A program made the translations under genes and the position numbers. Under the pieces are notes generated by a model. That model was not told the origin of the DNA, did no database searches, and saw only the letters and a list, made by a program, of their open reading frames with translations. Below are positions 19,912 through 30,090 of a DNA stretch of 64,000 nucleotides, one piece after another. Numbering within the stretch: position 1 is the stretch's first letter; each line of letters begins with the position of its first letter. Origin of the DNA: an uncultured bacterium (GTDB lineage Bacteria > Chloroflexota > UBA5177 > JANWHV01); NCBI GenBank assembly GCA_963827235.1, contig CAWHAE010000009.1, forward strand, positions 480,001 to 544,000. Reading direction: 5' to 3'.

Positions 19912-21006
19912 CTATCGGTAGAGAGCTCTCAGCGCAGCCCATGTGTGCGTGTTGGAGAGGATGTCCGTGGAGTCGACGTACTGGTCGATCGAGCCAATGC
20001 TCGGAGCCAGCCCTCGCACCTCGGGACTTTCAATCGCCGCGCGAATGGCCTCGGCGAATTGCTGCCCATGAATGACGAGGTAGGGACGCGAGTAGAACGG
20101 CGAGACATGCACCGGAAGCGGCGGCGTGATGGCGAGCGCGTTGTGTAGCGAGGCTGCGGCCTCATAGGCCCGAGCAAGATGCTCCTCGCGCTCTTGCCAC
20201 GAATTGCCCTGCAGGGCGCCCATCAGCATGGGCGTGAGCGGAGCCGCACAGCGCAGTCGCGAGAACGCGGTGCCGAACCATTTGCTGTAGGGAGCGTACG
20301 TGCTCTCCATCAGGAAGCACAGCAGCATGAGGTCGTGGACGAGTCGCGCGGCAATGATCCGCGAGCCGGCTTCATCGCCCGTTTCGCCGCAGCGCGCCAT
20401 GAATGGCTCCTCCTGAGAGATGCGCTGCCACTGGGCCGCCAGCATGTAGAGCCATACGTCCCGTGGATAGTAGCGAAGCTTTCGACGAAGCGGCTCCAGC
20501 TCGCCGAGCCCATCATGATACACCCGTCCCGCGGTCATGCTGCGAAGGCGCTGCTGCGGCAGGACGAGCCAATCCACGGGTGCAAGATCTCCGTACGGGT
20601 CGATACCCAGGTAGTCGTCGGCGAACGACCCGATCGTCCAGACACGCACGCCATGCGTTACCGGGCCGCTCGCGATCGGTTCCAGCCAGCCGCCATCAAC
20701 CTCCGGTGAAGCGAAGTTGGTTGGATAGCCATACACTTCATAGGGAAGGTCTTCACTCAATACCTCGGTAATGCGATCTCGGGTCCGCTCCTCGGTTCCC
20801 TCCGGCACGAAGAGCTCGAGCTTCGGGCCCCAGCCGTGGTCCGTCGACCGCTCTGTGTCGAAGCCCAGCACGTCGGAGCCCCAGCCGATACGCGCGGCAG
20901 AATACGCCAAGTCCGGGAAGCGCGCGGCGAGCACCCGCTTGACGGCTTCGTCGTAGAACAGCTCACTCAGGGCGAGACCCGGAATGAAGGGCTTTCGCCG
21001 CTGCAT
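19912..21006 (-). CDS. DUF4037 domain protein (nucleotidyltransferase-like)
   Basis: GLALSELFY, GWGSDVLGFD..STDHGWGP, GRVYHDG, YYPRDVW, YAPYSKW. Confidence 0.8.
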   Translation of the reverse strand: MQRRKPFIPGLALSELFYDEAVKRVLAARFPDLAYSAARIGWGSDVLGFDTERSTDHGWGPKLELFVPEGTEERTRDRITEVLSEDLPYEVYGYPTNFASPEVDGGWLEPIASGPVTHGVRVWTIGSFADDYLGIDPYGDLAPVDWLVLPQQRLRSMTAGRVYHDGLGELEPLRRKLRYYPRDVWLYMLAAQWQRISQEEPFMARCGETGDEAGSRIIAARLVHDLMLLCFLMESTYAPYSKWFGTAFSRLRCAAPLTPMLMGALQGNSWQEREEHLARAYEAAASLHNALAITPPLPVHVSPFYSRPYLVIHGQQFAEAIRAAIESPEVRGLAPSIGSIDQYVDSTDILSNTHTWAALRALYR

Positions 21007-21027
21007 CGAGCTGCCTCCAGGACTAGC

Positions 21028-22572
21028 CTATGTCTCGATCTTGGGGAAGAGAATAGGCAGCGCGCCTATGGCGGCACCCGGCTCGAGCTGGCCCCAGCCT
21101 CCGACGTACGGCTGCTCGGGCAGGGCAAGGGCCCGGCGAAGAGCGGCCATCTTCTCCGGCATGGCCGGCAGCAGCAGGGTGGCGGCGATGCCCAGGGCTT
21201 CACCGGCGTAGTAGAGGGTGGTAGCCACGCTCTCCATGTCGCCCGCCTTGGCGGCAGTCCACGGCGACTTCTGCTCCAGGTAGCCGTTGGTCCGCTTCAC
21301 CAGGGAGATCGCCTCGCCGATTGCCTGGTGCGGCTGCATATTCTCGACGGCAGATCGCACGAGATCCGGCGTGGCAATCGCCGCGTCTCGCAGGTCGCGA
21401 TCGGCGTCGATTTCGCCCGGTGGATCAGGTATGCGCCCGGCGAAGTAGCGGGCGGTCATGTTGACGACCCTGTTGGCCAGGTTGCCCAGGTCGTGGGCCA
21501 GGTCGGCATTGTAGCGACGGACCAGCCCTTCCGGGCTGAACTCGCTGTCCTGCCCGAACTGCATCTCGCGCAGGAGCAGGTAGCGTGTGCCGTCCACCTC
21601 GAATCGACGCACCAGATCCAGCGGAGCGCGGAAGAGCGCCATCGCCTCGGCAAAGCTGCCGTCCACGCCGACCGACTTCGAACCCTTCTGACCGGCCATG
21701 GTCCAGTAGCCGTGCACGTTCAGGTGCTGGAAGAGGGGGATGCCGGCAGCCTGCAGCATGCACGGCCAGAAGATGGCATGCGGCTTCAGGATGTCTTTGG
21801 CGATGATGTGTTGGGCGACCGGCCAATAGCTCTTGTACAGGTCGCCGTCCGGATAATCCAATGCCGAGACGTAGTTGATCAGGGCGTCGAACCACACGTA
21901 GGTCACATACTTGTCGTCGAAGGGCAGCGGTATGCCCCAGGTAAGCCGCTCCGTGGGGCGCGAGATGCAGAGATCTTCGAGCGGGTCGCGCAGGAAACCG
22001 AGCACTTCGCGCCGGTACTGATCCGGCCGCACGATATCCGGCTGCGCTTCGAGCAGACCGATCAACCAGTCCTGGTAGGCGCTCATGCGGAAGAAATAGT
22101 TCTTCTCGCTGATGTAGGTCGGCTCGGTGCGATGCTGCGGGCACTTGCCGTCTACCAGCTCCTTCTCTGTATAGAAGCGCTCGCAGCCGTAGCAATAGAG
22201 GCCGCCGTACTCGCCAAAGTAGATCTCGCCCTTGTCGTAGACGGTTTGTAGAATCCGCTGCACGACCCTGGCATGCCGCGGCTCCGTGGTGCGGATGAAG
22301 TCGTCCGTCTGGATGCCGAGCTGCGGCCAGGTGCTGCGGAAGACGTCGCTGATGCGCGTAGCGTACTCATAGGGAGACACGCCGAAGGCGGCCGCCGCCT
22401 GGGCCACCTTGTCGCCGTGCTCGTCGGTGCCGGTCAGCATACGGCTGTTCTTGCCGAACAGGCGCTGATATCGGGTGATCGTGTCGGCGACGATAGTGGT
22501 ATAGGCGCTGCCCGCGCTCGGCTCGGCGTTGACGTAGTAGATAGGGGTGGTGATGTAGAAGCTGTCACTCAT
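21028..22572 (-). CDS. metG: Methionine--tRNA ligase (short form) with atypical catalytic motifs
   Basis: FYITTPIYYVN, LTGTDEHG, DFIRTT, CxxC...CxxH knuckle, LCISR, YVWFDAL.NY, KDILKPH, DLGNL.NR. HIGH reads SAGS and KMSKS reads KGSKS. Confidence 0.9.
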   Translation of the reverse strand: MSDSFYITTPIYYVNAEPSAGSAYTTIVADTITRYQRLFGKNSRMLTGTDEHGDKVAQAAAAFGVSPYEYATRISDVFRSTWPQLGIQTDDFIRTTEPRHARVVQRILQTVYDKGEIYFGEYGGLYCYGCERFYTEKELVDGKCPQHRTEPTYISEKNYFFRMSAYQDWLIGLLEAQPDIVRPDQYRREVLGFLRDPLEDLCISRPTERLTWGIPLPFDDKYVTYVWFDALINYVSALDYPDGDLYKSYWPVAQHIIAKDILKPHAIFWPCMLQAAGIPLFQHLNVHGYWTMAGQKGSKSVGVDGSFAEAMALFRAPLDLVRRFEVDGTRYLLLREMQFGQDSEFSPEGLVRRYNADLAHDLGNLANRVVNMTARYFAGRIPDPPGEIDADRDLRDAAIATPDLVRSAVENMQPHQAIGEAISLVKRTNGYLEQKSPWTAAKAGDMESVATTLYYAGEALGIAATLLLPAMPEKMAALRRALALPEQPYVGGWGQLEPGAAIGALPILFPKIET

Positions 22573-22619
22573 GGTGCAGTCAGTGTACCAGGCGCCCTCG
22601 CGCCGCGAGCAAGTTACGA

Positions 22620-23110
22620 TCAGCCATCCCAATCGTGTGCTTCCCGGTAGCACCGCACGATGCCCGGATAGGCATGCCGGATCATCCAGAGAAAGGGCCT
22701 CTTGCGAGTCGTCGGCGCCGGCGGCAGGTTGAGGCCTGTTCGGCGACGACGCATGGCGTCACCGCAAAACAGGGCCCGCTGTGCCGGTTGCCGTAAGCTC
22801 CAGGATCCGGGGCTGTGGCCGGGGGAGTCGATCACCTGCAAACCGGGTAGGACTTGGTCGAGCCGATCGCCGTCACTGAGCTCGCGATCGACGGCGATAC
22901 AGATCGGCTGTTCGCGCATGATCGCCGTCAAGATGCGCGCCATCCCATGGACCGGCGGCCGCAGGACGTGCGCCTGGCCGCGAATGACGGCACTCTCGTG
23001 ACGATGGTGCGCGTAGACCGCGGCTCCGATGGATCGTTTGAGCCCGGGCAGCCCGCCGACGTGATCCCAGTGCGCGTGTGCGATCGTCATTCGCGCGTCC
23101 TGTAGCATGG
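22620..23110 (-). pseudogene. MBL-fold metallo-hydrolase fragment
   Basis: HAHWDHVGG, SPGHSPGS and LFCGDA present, but N- and C-terminal parts are missing or degenerate. Confidence 0.6.
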
Positions 23111-23190
23111 TGATCGGCATCTCGCGGACGCGATGATTGGGTTGGGGTTGCCGGACGCGAGCCGGCCGCAAGAGGAGGGACTGTGTCGCC

Positions 23191-23934
23191 ATGGCGCAGA
23201 CACCGAATGCGTGGCGTGAGATCGCCCATGCCGCGCTTGTGCTGCCCTCGCCGCTTGACCGCTACCGTCCGGGCCCCGGTCGGAGGGCCGCGCACGGCAC
23301 GTTCACCCTGGTCGACGATGGCGGCCGGGGTCCAGCCTTCAACCGCGCGGTAGTGCTCGGCCATGTCGTACCGGAGCAGGTGTTCGCTCTGGCCGATGCC
23401 TTTTTCGCCGATGGCTACAGCATCGTCGTCGAGACCGGGGTGGCGGACGCACTGGAAGCGGCTCTGCAGGCACGGGGCTGGCAGCTTGACGAGGAAGAGC
23501 CGGCGCTGGTGCTCGCGCCCATCCCCGACGCTGGTCCGTCCGCGCCCGAGGGTCTGGATATCCGTCGCGTGGTCGACGCGGCAGGACTGGCGGACTTCCG
23601 GAGCGTGAGCCAGACGCCGTCCGTCTACCTGCCGTCCCTGGCCGCCGTGCTCCACCCTGCGGTTGCCCTGCTGGTTGGCTATGTCGGGGGACGGGCGGTG
23701 GCCACGGCGCGATTGACCTGCCTGGGGTCGGTCGTCGAACTGATGGGTGTAGTGACGGTGGCGGCAGCGCGACGGCAGGGCTACGGCACGGCGCTCACCT
23801 GGGCAGCGCTGGCCGCGGGCCGGGCGCGCGGCTGCACGGCTGCTACCTTGACGGCGACTGCCATGGGCCTACCACTCTATCAACGCATGGGCTTCCAGCC
23901 GGCCGGGATTTACCGCACCTACCTGCCGCCGTGA
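23191..23934 (+). CDS. GNAT family N-acetyltransferase
   Basis: VVT..AARRQGYGTAL; ATAMGLPLYQRMGF; SD AGGAGG. Confidence 0.85.
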   Translation: MAQTPNAWREIAHAALVLPSPLDRYRPGPGRRAAHGTFTLVDDGGRGPAFNRAVVLGHVVPEQVFALADAFFADGYSIVVETGVADALEAALQARGWQLDEEEPALVLAPIPDAGPSAPEGLDIRRVVDAAGLADFRSVSQTPSVYLPSLAAVLHPAVALLVGYVGGRAVATARLTCLGSVVELMGVVTVAAARRQGYGTALTWAALAAGRARGCTAATLTATAMGLPLYQRMGFQPAGIYRTYLPP

Positions 23935-24871
23935 GCCGCTGTGCGAGAAACTCCCCGATGGAGTCCAGTGCCCTGGCCGCCGCGGCGAGCCGGCCGATAC
24001 TGCCCGCGAACCCATGCGGCATCCCCTCCCAAACGTCGAGCCTGGCATCGACGCCGGCGGCAACGGCGCGCTCAAAGTAGCGGCGAGAGTCGTCGAGCAA
24101 CACTTCGTCCGCGCCGGCATGGATGCTTATCGGCGGCAGCCCAGCCAGGTTCCCGTAGAGTGGCGAGGCCAGCGGGTTCCTGGGGTCGGTGTCGCGCAGG
24201 TAGGAACGGACCAACTCCTCCACTTGCGGCCGGACAAAGTACGGATCGGCGTCCGCCTGAGTCTCGAAACTCGGACCCGTGAGCGCCAGGTCGGTCACTG
24301 GAGATAAGGCCACCGCTCCTACCGGGGCCACGTCGCCGGAGATGGTGGCAAGCGACAGCAAAGTCAGCGCCAGGCTGCCGCCCGCCGAATCTCCGGAGAT
24401 CGCGATCCGTCGCGCACCCCGCTCGACCACACCGCGATAGCACGCCAGCACGTCATGCAGGGCGGCGGGGAAAGGATGTTCAGGGGCGAGCCTGTACTCC
24501 GGCACGAATGCCTCGGCGCCAGCTCTGCCGGCTATGTGTCCGACCAGATTCCGGAACGCCTGGGCCGACCCCCAGTGGAACCAGCCGCTATGCAGGTGAA
24601 GGATAGCGTCGCCGGACCGTGCGTTGCTGGGTCTGCACCACACCCCGGATATGCCGCCCACGGTGTCGGGGTGGAACGCTACACCCTCAGGCGACGATAC
24701 ACGCTCCATGATGCCGTTGAACGGCTCACGAGCGGCGGTTCCCTGTAGCTTCCCCTTGAGTGGCGCCAGCATGGCACGCATTGCGGTCATGACGGCAGCG
24801 TCTTCAGGGGTAATCGGATGAGTCAGGAAGGCGGCGCGGACAGCTGCGTGCTTGCCGGCAGCAGTTTTCAT
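23843..24871 (-). CDS. Alpha/beta hydrolase (HSL-type esterase)
   Basis: LHSGW (HGGG-like), YRLAPEHPFPAA, GDSAGG, DEVLLDD, MPHGF. Confidence 0.88.
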   Translation of the reverse strand: MKTAAGKHAAVRAAFLTHPITPEDAAVMTAMRAMLAPLKGKLQGTAAREPFNGIMERVSSPEGVAFHPDTVGGISGVWCRPSNARSGDAILHLHSGWFHWGSAQAFRNLVGHIAGRAGAEAFVPEYRLAPEHPFPAALHDVLACYRGVVERGARRIAISGDSAGGSLALTLLSLATISGDVAPVGAVALSPVTDLALTGPSFETQADADPYFVRPQVEELVRSYLRDTDPRNPLASPLYGNLAGLPPISIHAGADEVLLDDSRRYFERAVAAGVDARLDVWEGMPHGFAGSIGRLAAAARALDSIGEFLAQRLTAAGRCGKSRPAGSPCVDRVVGPWQSPSR

Positions 24872-24904
24872 CGAGACTTCTTACCGGGACACCCGGTCTA
24901 TATA

Positions 24905-24945
24905 TTTACGATACGTAATGTAAACTAAAGTGAGACCGGAGTCAA
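24905..24945 (-). promoter_or_regulatory. Esterase promoter overlapped by a probable TetR operator
   Basis: Minus strand TTGACT-17-TACATT; inverted repeat TTTAC-N10-GTAAA (24905-24924) over the -10 box. Confidence 0.6.
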
Positions 24946-24985
24946 GTCTTTTCATTTACGCTACGTTCTGATAAGATCCAGCCGC

Positions 24986-25585
24986 ATGAAGAAAGACTCC
25001 TCGATCTCGCCCCGGATCGGCCGTCCCCACAGCGAGGCTGCGCAGTCGCACACCGCGATCATGGATGCGGTTGTTGAGCTACTGCAGGAGATGCCCGCGC
25101 ACGACCTTACGATGGAGGCGGTGGCCAAGCGCGCCAAGGTCGGCAAGCCGACCCTGTACAAATGGTGGCCATCCAAGTCGGCGCTCATCCTGGCCGTGTT
25201 CTACGAGCGCCTTGTCGGCAAGCTGGAAGCACCGCAAGGCGTGACGGCGGAGGCGGGTATCCGCTTCAGAATGCTCCGTTTGATTCGAGAATTCAACGGG
25301 CTCTTCGGCAAGGTCATGGCTGACCTCATCGCCGAAGGACAGAGCGACCCGTCGATCCTGCGGGAACTGTACGAACGGCACATCAGCCACAGACGAGCAG
25401 CGAGCGTGGCGGACGTGGAGCGAGGCATAGCCACCGGCGAATTCGCGCCCGACACCGACCCTGAGCTGCTCGTCGACGCGATTATCGGCCCGATCTATTA
25501 CCGGCTGCTGTTACGGTCCGCGCCTTTGACGGAAGGGTACGCCGAAGATCTGATTGACCAGGTGCTTCGCGGAGTCCGACCGTGA
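24986..25585 (+). CDS. TetR/AcrR family transcriptional regulator
   Basis: GRP...LTMEAVAKRAKVGKPTLYKWWPSK; divergent from the esterase. Confidence 0.92.
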   Translation: MKKDSSISPRIGRPHSEAAQSHTAIMDAVVELLQEMPAHDLTMEAVAKRAKVGKPTLYKWWPSKSALILAVFYERLVGKLEAPQGVTAEAGIRFRMLRLIREFNGLFGKVMADLIAEGQSDPSILRELYERHISHRRAASVADVERGIATGEFAPDTDPELLVDAIIGPIYYRLLLRSAPLTEGYAEDLIDQVLRGVRP

Positions 25586-25609
25586 CCGAAGCATCTCCGG
25601 CCAGGGTTG

Positions 25610-26158
25610 CTACCCGAGCATCGAGGGTGAACCGCCGATAGTGACAGGCCGGTCCAGCGCGGCTCGGAGGCACGATGCGATTGTCTCGCCGTCAGCCAGC
25701 GGGTGCCGCTCGGCCACCAGACGGGATGATCCCATCGCCTCGCCGGCATAGCGGGGCAAGAGCTGAAGATGCAGGTGGGTTGGCGCGCCGTCGCACATCG
25801 TTACCAGGTACACCTTCTCCGCACCGAGCGCCTGCTTGATAGCCCCCATGAATCGCAGACACATCTGCATCACAGGCCCCGCTTCCTCGTCAGACAGATC
25901 CGAGAGGTCCGCACGATGCGGCTTATAGACCACGATGGTATGCCCATGCGCCCGCGGACACTGTTCCAGCTTGACTTTGAAGAGGTCATCGTCGTAGATA
26001 ACATAGCCGTCGCCATAGAGGGCACCGCCTGTCTCCAGGTCATAGCAGGTGTCGCAAATGCCTTGGCGGCGGAGGCTTTCCACCTGCTGCTTGAGCTGCG
26101 CGCGTCGCCGCCGCCACGGGTCGGCTCCGGCCATCGGATCTCCTGCTGATCTGGACAT
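25610..26158 (-). CDS. HIT family protein
   Basis: CDTC, GHTIVVYKPH, THLHLQLLPR (HxHxQ variant). Confidence 0.8.
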   Translation of the reverse strand: MSRSAGDPMAGADPWRRRRAQLKQQVESLRRQGICDTCYDLETGGALYGDGYVIYDDDLFKVKLEQCPRAHGHTIVVYKPHRADLSDLSDEEAGPVMQMCLRFMGAIKQALGAEKVYLVTMCDGAPTHLHLQLLPRYAGEAMGSSRLVAERHPLADGETIASCLRAALDRPVTIGGSPSMLG

Positions 26159-26160
26159 GG

Positions 26161-26964
26161 CTACACCGTGTCACCATCGGTATGAGGGAGGAACGCGACA
26201 TGGCGCAGCCACTCGAGAACCGCCGCCGTCGCCTCGGGCGCGGCGTTGGCTAATCCATGGTCGCCTCCTCCGATCTCCCGATAGTCCGCCGGCAAGCCAC
26301 GCCCCCGGAGTATCTCGTACCCCAAGCGGGCGTCGGTCCGGCGGAAGGCGTTGTCCGCCCCACCCTGCAGGAAGAAGATCGGGCACTTGGCCTCGTGCAG
26401 CCGGTAGATGGGCGCCCCGCCGACGAAGTCCTTGAAATACTCGAGCCCGCACGGGTAGCCGTAGAGCTCGACCGTGCCGCCTTTCAGAAGCGCGTCGAGA
26501 TTGTCGATCAGCCGTTTGGCCGGCCCATTGGGCATGTTGATGTAGTGCCCCAGACAGGTCGCCACGGAGATTGCCACGGCAAGCCCCTGGGTCTCGATGG
26601 CACAACGCAACACGGCCGTGGAGCCCGAGCTGATCCCGAGGGCGCCGATGCGTCGCGCGTCGGCCCACTCCTGATCGCGTACGTATGCGCAGACATCGGC
26701 CAGATTGGAGGCCCACCGGCGGTCAGACATGCCGGCGGGGTCGCCGCCCGTTTCCCCGCTGCTATAGAAGTCAAAGGTGACGATAGCCAACCCCGCGCCG
26801 GTCGCACGTACGCACAGTTCCTCGGTGAAGGGATAGAGCCGCTGGTCGCCCGGCCAGCCATGGCAGACGACAAGCACAGGAAGTGAGTGGTGCCACTCAT
26901 CGGGGGAGTAGAGCCTCCCGACGTTCCGGTCACCGTCCGCTAACTGGAAGCGAGATTCACGCAC
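26161..26964 (-). CDS. Alpha/beta hydrolase
   Basis: VVCHGW, GISSG nucleophile elbow, QGGAD, GGDHGL. Confidence 0.82.
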   Translation of the reverse strand: MRESRFQLADGDRNVGRLYSPDEWHHSLPVLVVCHGWPGDQRLYPFTEELCVRATGAGLAIVTFDFYSSGETGGDPAGMSDRRWASNLADVCAYVRDQEWADARRIGALGISSGSTAVLRCAIETQGLAVAISVATCLGHYINMPNGPAKRLIDNLDALLKGGTVELYGYPCGLEYFKDFVGGAPIYRLHEAKCPIFFLQGGADNAFRRTDARLGYEILRGRGLPADYREIGGGDHGLANAAPEATAAVLEWLRHVAFLPHTDGDTV

Positions 26965-27410
26965 GAGCTACCTCCCACTGCCCAACGCAAGCCCGACCCT
27001 CTATACAGTAGCGCCGGCACCTCGGTCGCTGCAGACGGGACGCCGACGCCGGGCGCGGCGCTGCGGAACGAGGCTGCCGGCGCAGACCGGGAGCAAGACC
27101 TTGCGGAGATTAGCGCGCCCTCACAAGAACGCGCAGCCGGGGCACCGTTCCCCAAGACGACGCCCGCTGTTGCACAAGAGGGTCCGGCGCTCCAGACGGG
27201 CACCTTGGGCGGGCGTGTCAAAAGCGCGCAAACGCCCTGACCTATAGTGGGCATGATAGCCGAGCGGATCACACGCCATTGACGGAAGGGCTCGCCGTAC
27301 ATATTCACGGTCAGGCAGGGCGGCGCCAGTTGGTCGTGGTGGTGGCGGGCGGCGCCGGCTCCATTGTGGCAGCCACGGATGGGGGCGCGGCCGAGAAAGG
27401 AAGGAATCGG

Positions 27411-29654
27411 ATGAGGCGACTTCGTGGGACCCGTGCACATCGTCTGCATTACTCTCTGGTGGCGCTGCTCGGAGGCACGGCGCTGCTGGCTGCGCAGCTC
27501 CCCGCCTCACATAGCGCGTTCCCGATCGGCCAAGCGGTTCCTGTTGCTCGCGCCGCGGCGCCCGTAGCCAGTGTGCAGCCACAGGTGGTCTGGCAGCTCG
27601 GCCAGCGCACGTTCGCGCCGGGCAGTGGCGCCGACACGATAAGCCAGACATTCACGCCCAGTGACACCTGCTACCAGGTGGGCGTCGTGGTAGCCGGCGG
27701 CGCGAGTGGCGACGACCTGGACGTACGGCTGGGCGAGAGTGCGCATGACGCGGTTCGGGTGGTAACCGGCGAACAGCACTTCTTCGCTGCCTGTCATCTG
27801 CAGGCTGGCGTGATGCCGGTCCTGCACGTCATGCCCGACCAGCAGCACAAATACAGCGGCGGCAGCCTCACCTACGCCGTGGTAGTCATGCTGCCCCTGC
27901 CGGTGCCGCAGTCCGTGGACGGGGTCTCCACCGGCAGCAGCGCGAACACGTTGTTGCTGCAGGTGAGCCTGCCTGCCGACTACACCGTGCATCTCCACCT
28001 CAGTGCCGGCAGCCTGCAGGTCTGGACCGTGTTCGGCAGCACGACCACTCGTCGCGTGCAGATCAGCGGGGACGGCGGGTTTCGGGTAAGTCTGCCGGCC
28101 GGCTTGGTACGTATCAACCTGCAGCCAGCATCCAAGCAGGCCGCCACGGTCAAGTGGACCGCCATGCTGGGCATCGCGCCGAAAGTCAGCGACTTCACGC
28201 CCGCCGCTGGCGCCGCGCTCAAGCAGCCGCCCGCGACGATCACGGTGCATACCGCTACCTCGGGGCAGCTGGTGCTCGACCGCCAGCCCGTCGACAGCAG
28301 CTACGATGCGGCGAAGGGCCTGCTCAGCTACACGCCAGCCCAGCCGCTCGCCGCGGGTATCCACATCGTGGAGGTGGCGGGCACTGATGGCACGCTTGCG
28401 ACCCGTCATGCCACGTTCCGCGTGCTCCCCTCGCTCACGGCCCAGCCGCCCAGCACAGCGCAAGGCAGCGTCGATGGCGTGGCATGGGAGCAGACGACCA
28501 CGCCCGATGGCCGCTACCGGCTTTCCAAGCCGGCCGGTTGGCAGATGGTCGGCGAAGGGGGCACGGTCTTGCTGGCAGAGCCCAAGGGGAAAGCGCTCGT
28601 CGTGCTCAGCGAGCGCCTGCTGGGCACAGCAATCGATGCCTCCGCCGTGGCCCATACCATGGCCGGCAAAGTGCCCGGCACGGCGCAGTTCGGCACCATT
28701 GGCAGCGGCACCTCCTTCAGCACAACCGTGACCGGCAAGAACGGGTCGCACCTCGCGCTGCTGTGCCTGGTCCTGCCTTCCCTACCGCAGCACTCCCTCA
28801 TGCTGGCCGTGGGCTTCAGCAAGGCCGGCGAGCCCGCGCTTGCAGACCAGGTCTCGCGCATCATCGCCTCGCTGAGCGCCAACGACGACGCAGCGGTGCA
28901 GAAAGCGCGGACCTGGCTGCACTACCAGCAGGCTGGATTCAGCCTGAGCTACCCGGCCGGCTGGATGGCCGACTTCACCTCCACTGACGGGCTGCTGTTG
29001 GCCGGGCCATTCGACCAGGCGTACCTGTTGGGCGAGGGCACCGACTACAGCGGGCCCGCCACCGCCACGGACATGGAGAGCGCCGGCAAGCAGGTCGTGG
29101 CCCTGATCACGTCGCAGATGCACGGCAACCTGCAGATACAGACGCACGAGAGCGGAGCCGGCATTTACCGCTGGCTGGGCACTTACACGAGCGCCGACGG
29201 TAAGACGGCGTATGTCGAGCTCGGCCAGGTCATCGCCGCGCATGGCCGCCTGCAGTTCGTGTGGGGCGATAGCAGCGCCGAGCTGGCGCCCTCCAACGTG
29301 CCGATTCTGGCGGCGAGCCTCGACAGTGCCGCGCAGGCGGCCGGCGTGACGCCGCCGCTGGCGTTCACCGTGGCTGGCGCCATCCAGCAGGTGACCACAC
29401 TGCTGCCGGCAAGCGTGCTGCAAGGCGAGACTCCCGCAGGCAGCCAGACAGGCAGTGGCAGCAACGCCGGAAGCACGGGCAACACGGGCAACACGCAGAA
29501 TCAAATCGCAGAGAGTGAAGTGCAAAGCTTCGTGAACGTGTCGATGATGAACGACACGACGAACGAGTTCATCAATCTGCAGGACATGAATCAGGCGGAG
29601 TTCCTGCAGTCCGAGGGCTACGACGCGGACTGGTATCCCTCGTACAACTACTAA
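27411..29654 (+). CDS. Large secreted multidomain protein with Ig-like and two PsbP/DcrB-like segments
   Basis: Basic N-terminus plus hydrophobic signal; LSYTP..PL..G.H.VEV (Ig-like); YRLSKPAGW and FSLSYPAGW repeats. Confidence 0.6.
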   Translation: MRRLRGTRAHRLHYSLVALLGGTALLAAQLPASHSAFPIGQAVPVARAAAPVASVQPQVVWQLGQRTFAPGSGADTISQTFTPSDTCYQVGVVVAGGASGDDLDVRLGESAHDAVRVVTGEQHFFAACHLQAGVMPVLHVMPDQQHKYSGGSLTYAVVVMLPLPVPQSVDGVSTGSSANTLLLQVSLPADYTVHLHLSAGSLQVWTVFGSTTTRRVQISGDGGFRVSLPAGLVRINLQPASKQAATVKWTAMLGIAPKVSDFTPAAGAALKQPPATITVHTATSGQLVLDRQPVDSSYDAAKGLLSYTPAQPLAAGIHIVEVAGTDGTLATRHATFRVLPSLTAQPPSTAQGSVDGVAWEQTTTPDGRYRLSKPAGWQMVGEGGTVLLAEPKGKALVVLSERLLGTAIDASAVAHTMAGKVPGTAQFGTIGSGTSFSTTVTGKNGSHLALLCLVLPSLPQHSLMLAVGFSKAGEPALADQVSRIIASLSANDDAAVQKARTWLHYQQAGFSLSYPAGWMADFTSTDGLLLAGPFDQAYLLGEGTDYSGPATATDMESAGKQVVALITSQMHGNLQIQTHESGAGIYRWLGTYTSADGKTAYVELGQVIAAHGRLQFVWGDSSAELAPSNVPILAASLDSAAQAAGVTPPLAFTVAGAIQQVTTLLPASVLQGETPAGSQTGSGSNAGSTGNTGNTQNQIAESEVQSFVNVSMMNDTTNEFINLQDMNQAEFLQSEGYDADWYPSYNY

Positions 29655-29660
29655 TTGCTT

Positions 29661-30090
29661 CTACACCGCCTGTTGCCAAAGTCGCAGGCCTTCCTCGGCT
29701 GTCGCCAGCGCCCGCGGATACTCGTGCTCCCTCGCGGTGGCAGCAAAGGCGGTCAAGCACTGGGCGAGCGGCCACGCCTGGTCTACCTCCCGCGCAAAGG
29801 CAAGGCCATCCTGGAGCAAAGCTGTCCCCTGCATATGCGTCTCGGAATTCCATGCCCGAAGCCGGACAGCGGGCTGCGCAGGTTTGTGAGGTGTGGCTGC
29901 GATCCGCGCTCCGACGCGATATCGGACGGAACTGCCACGCGTTCCAACTGCCGCCGGCGAGGCACCGGCTGCGCGGCAACCTCGAAGGCCGTGCGCTCCT
30001 CCCCGGTCAACGCCAGGGCCCGCACCAACCGCAGCATGGTGTCCCGGTGCGGATGGCTCTCGCTGCGCTCCAGGGCTTGGATCCAGGACC
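29661..30090 (-). pseudogene. Remnant of an XRE-HTH/ATPase/TPR regulator
   Basis: IQALER...PHRDT.LRL..AL.L...ER..F..AA and TNL..PLS.F, then TPR-like ALLQDGLAFARE in another frame; ATPase domain absent. Confidence 0.55.

Noticed and set aside
20836-22251. Long antisense ORFs (here and opposite the MCP, cheA, Ldh and cydB genes)
   Set aside because: Shadow ORFs caused by GC3 bias, with no recognisable motifs.
23843-23934. Convergent 92-bp overlap of GNAT and esterase as a regulatory feature
   Set aside because: More simply a lost stop codon giving a short non-conserved tail.
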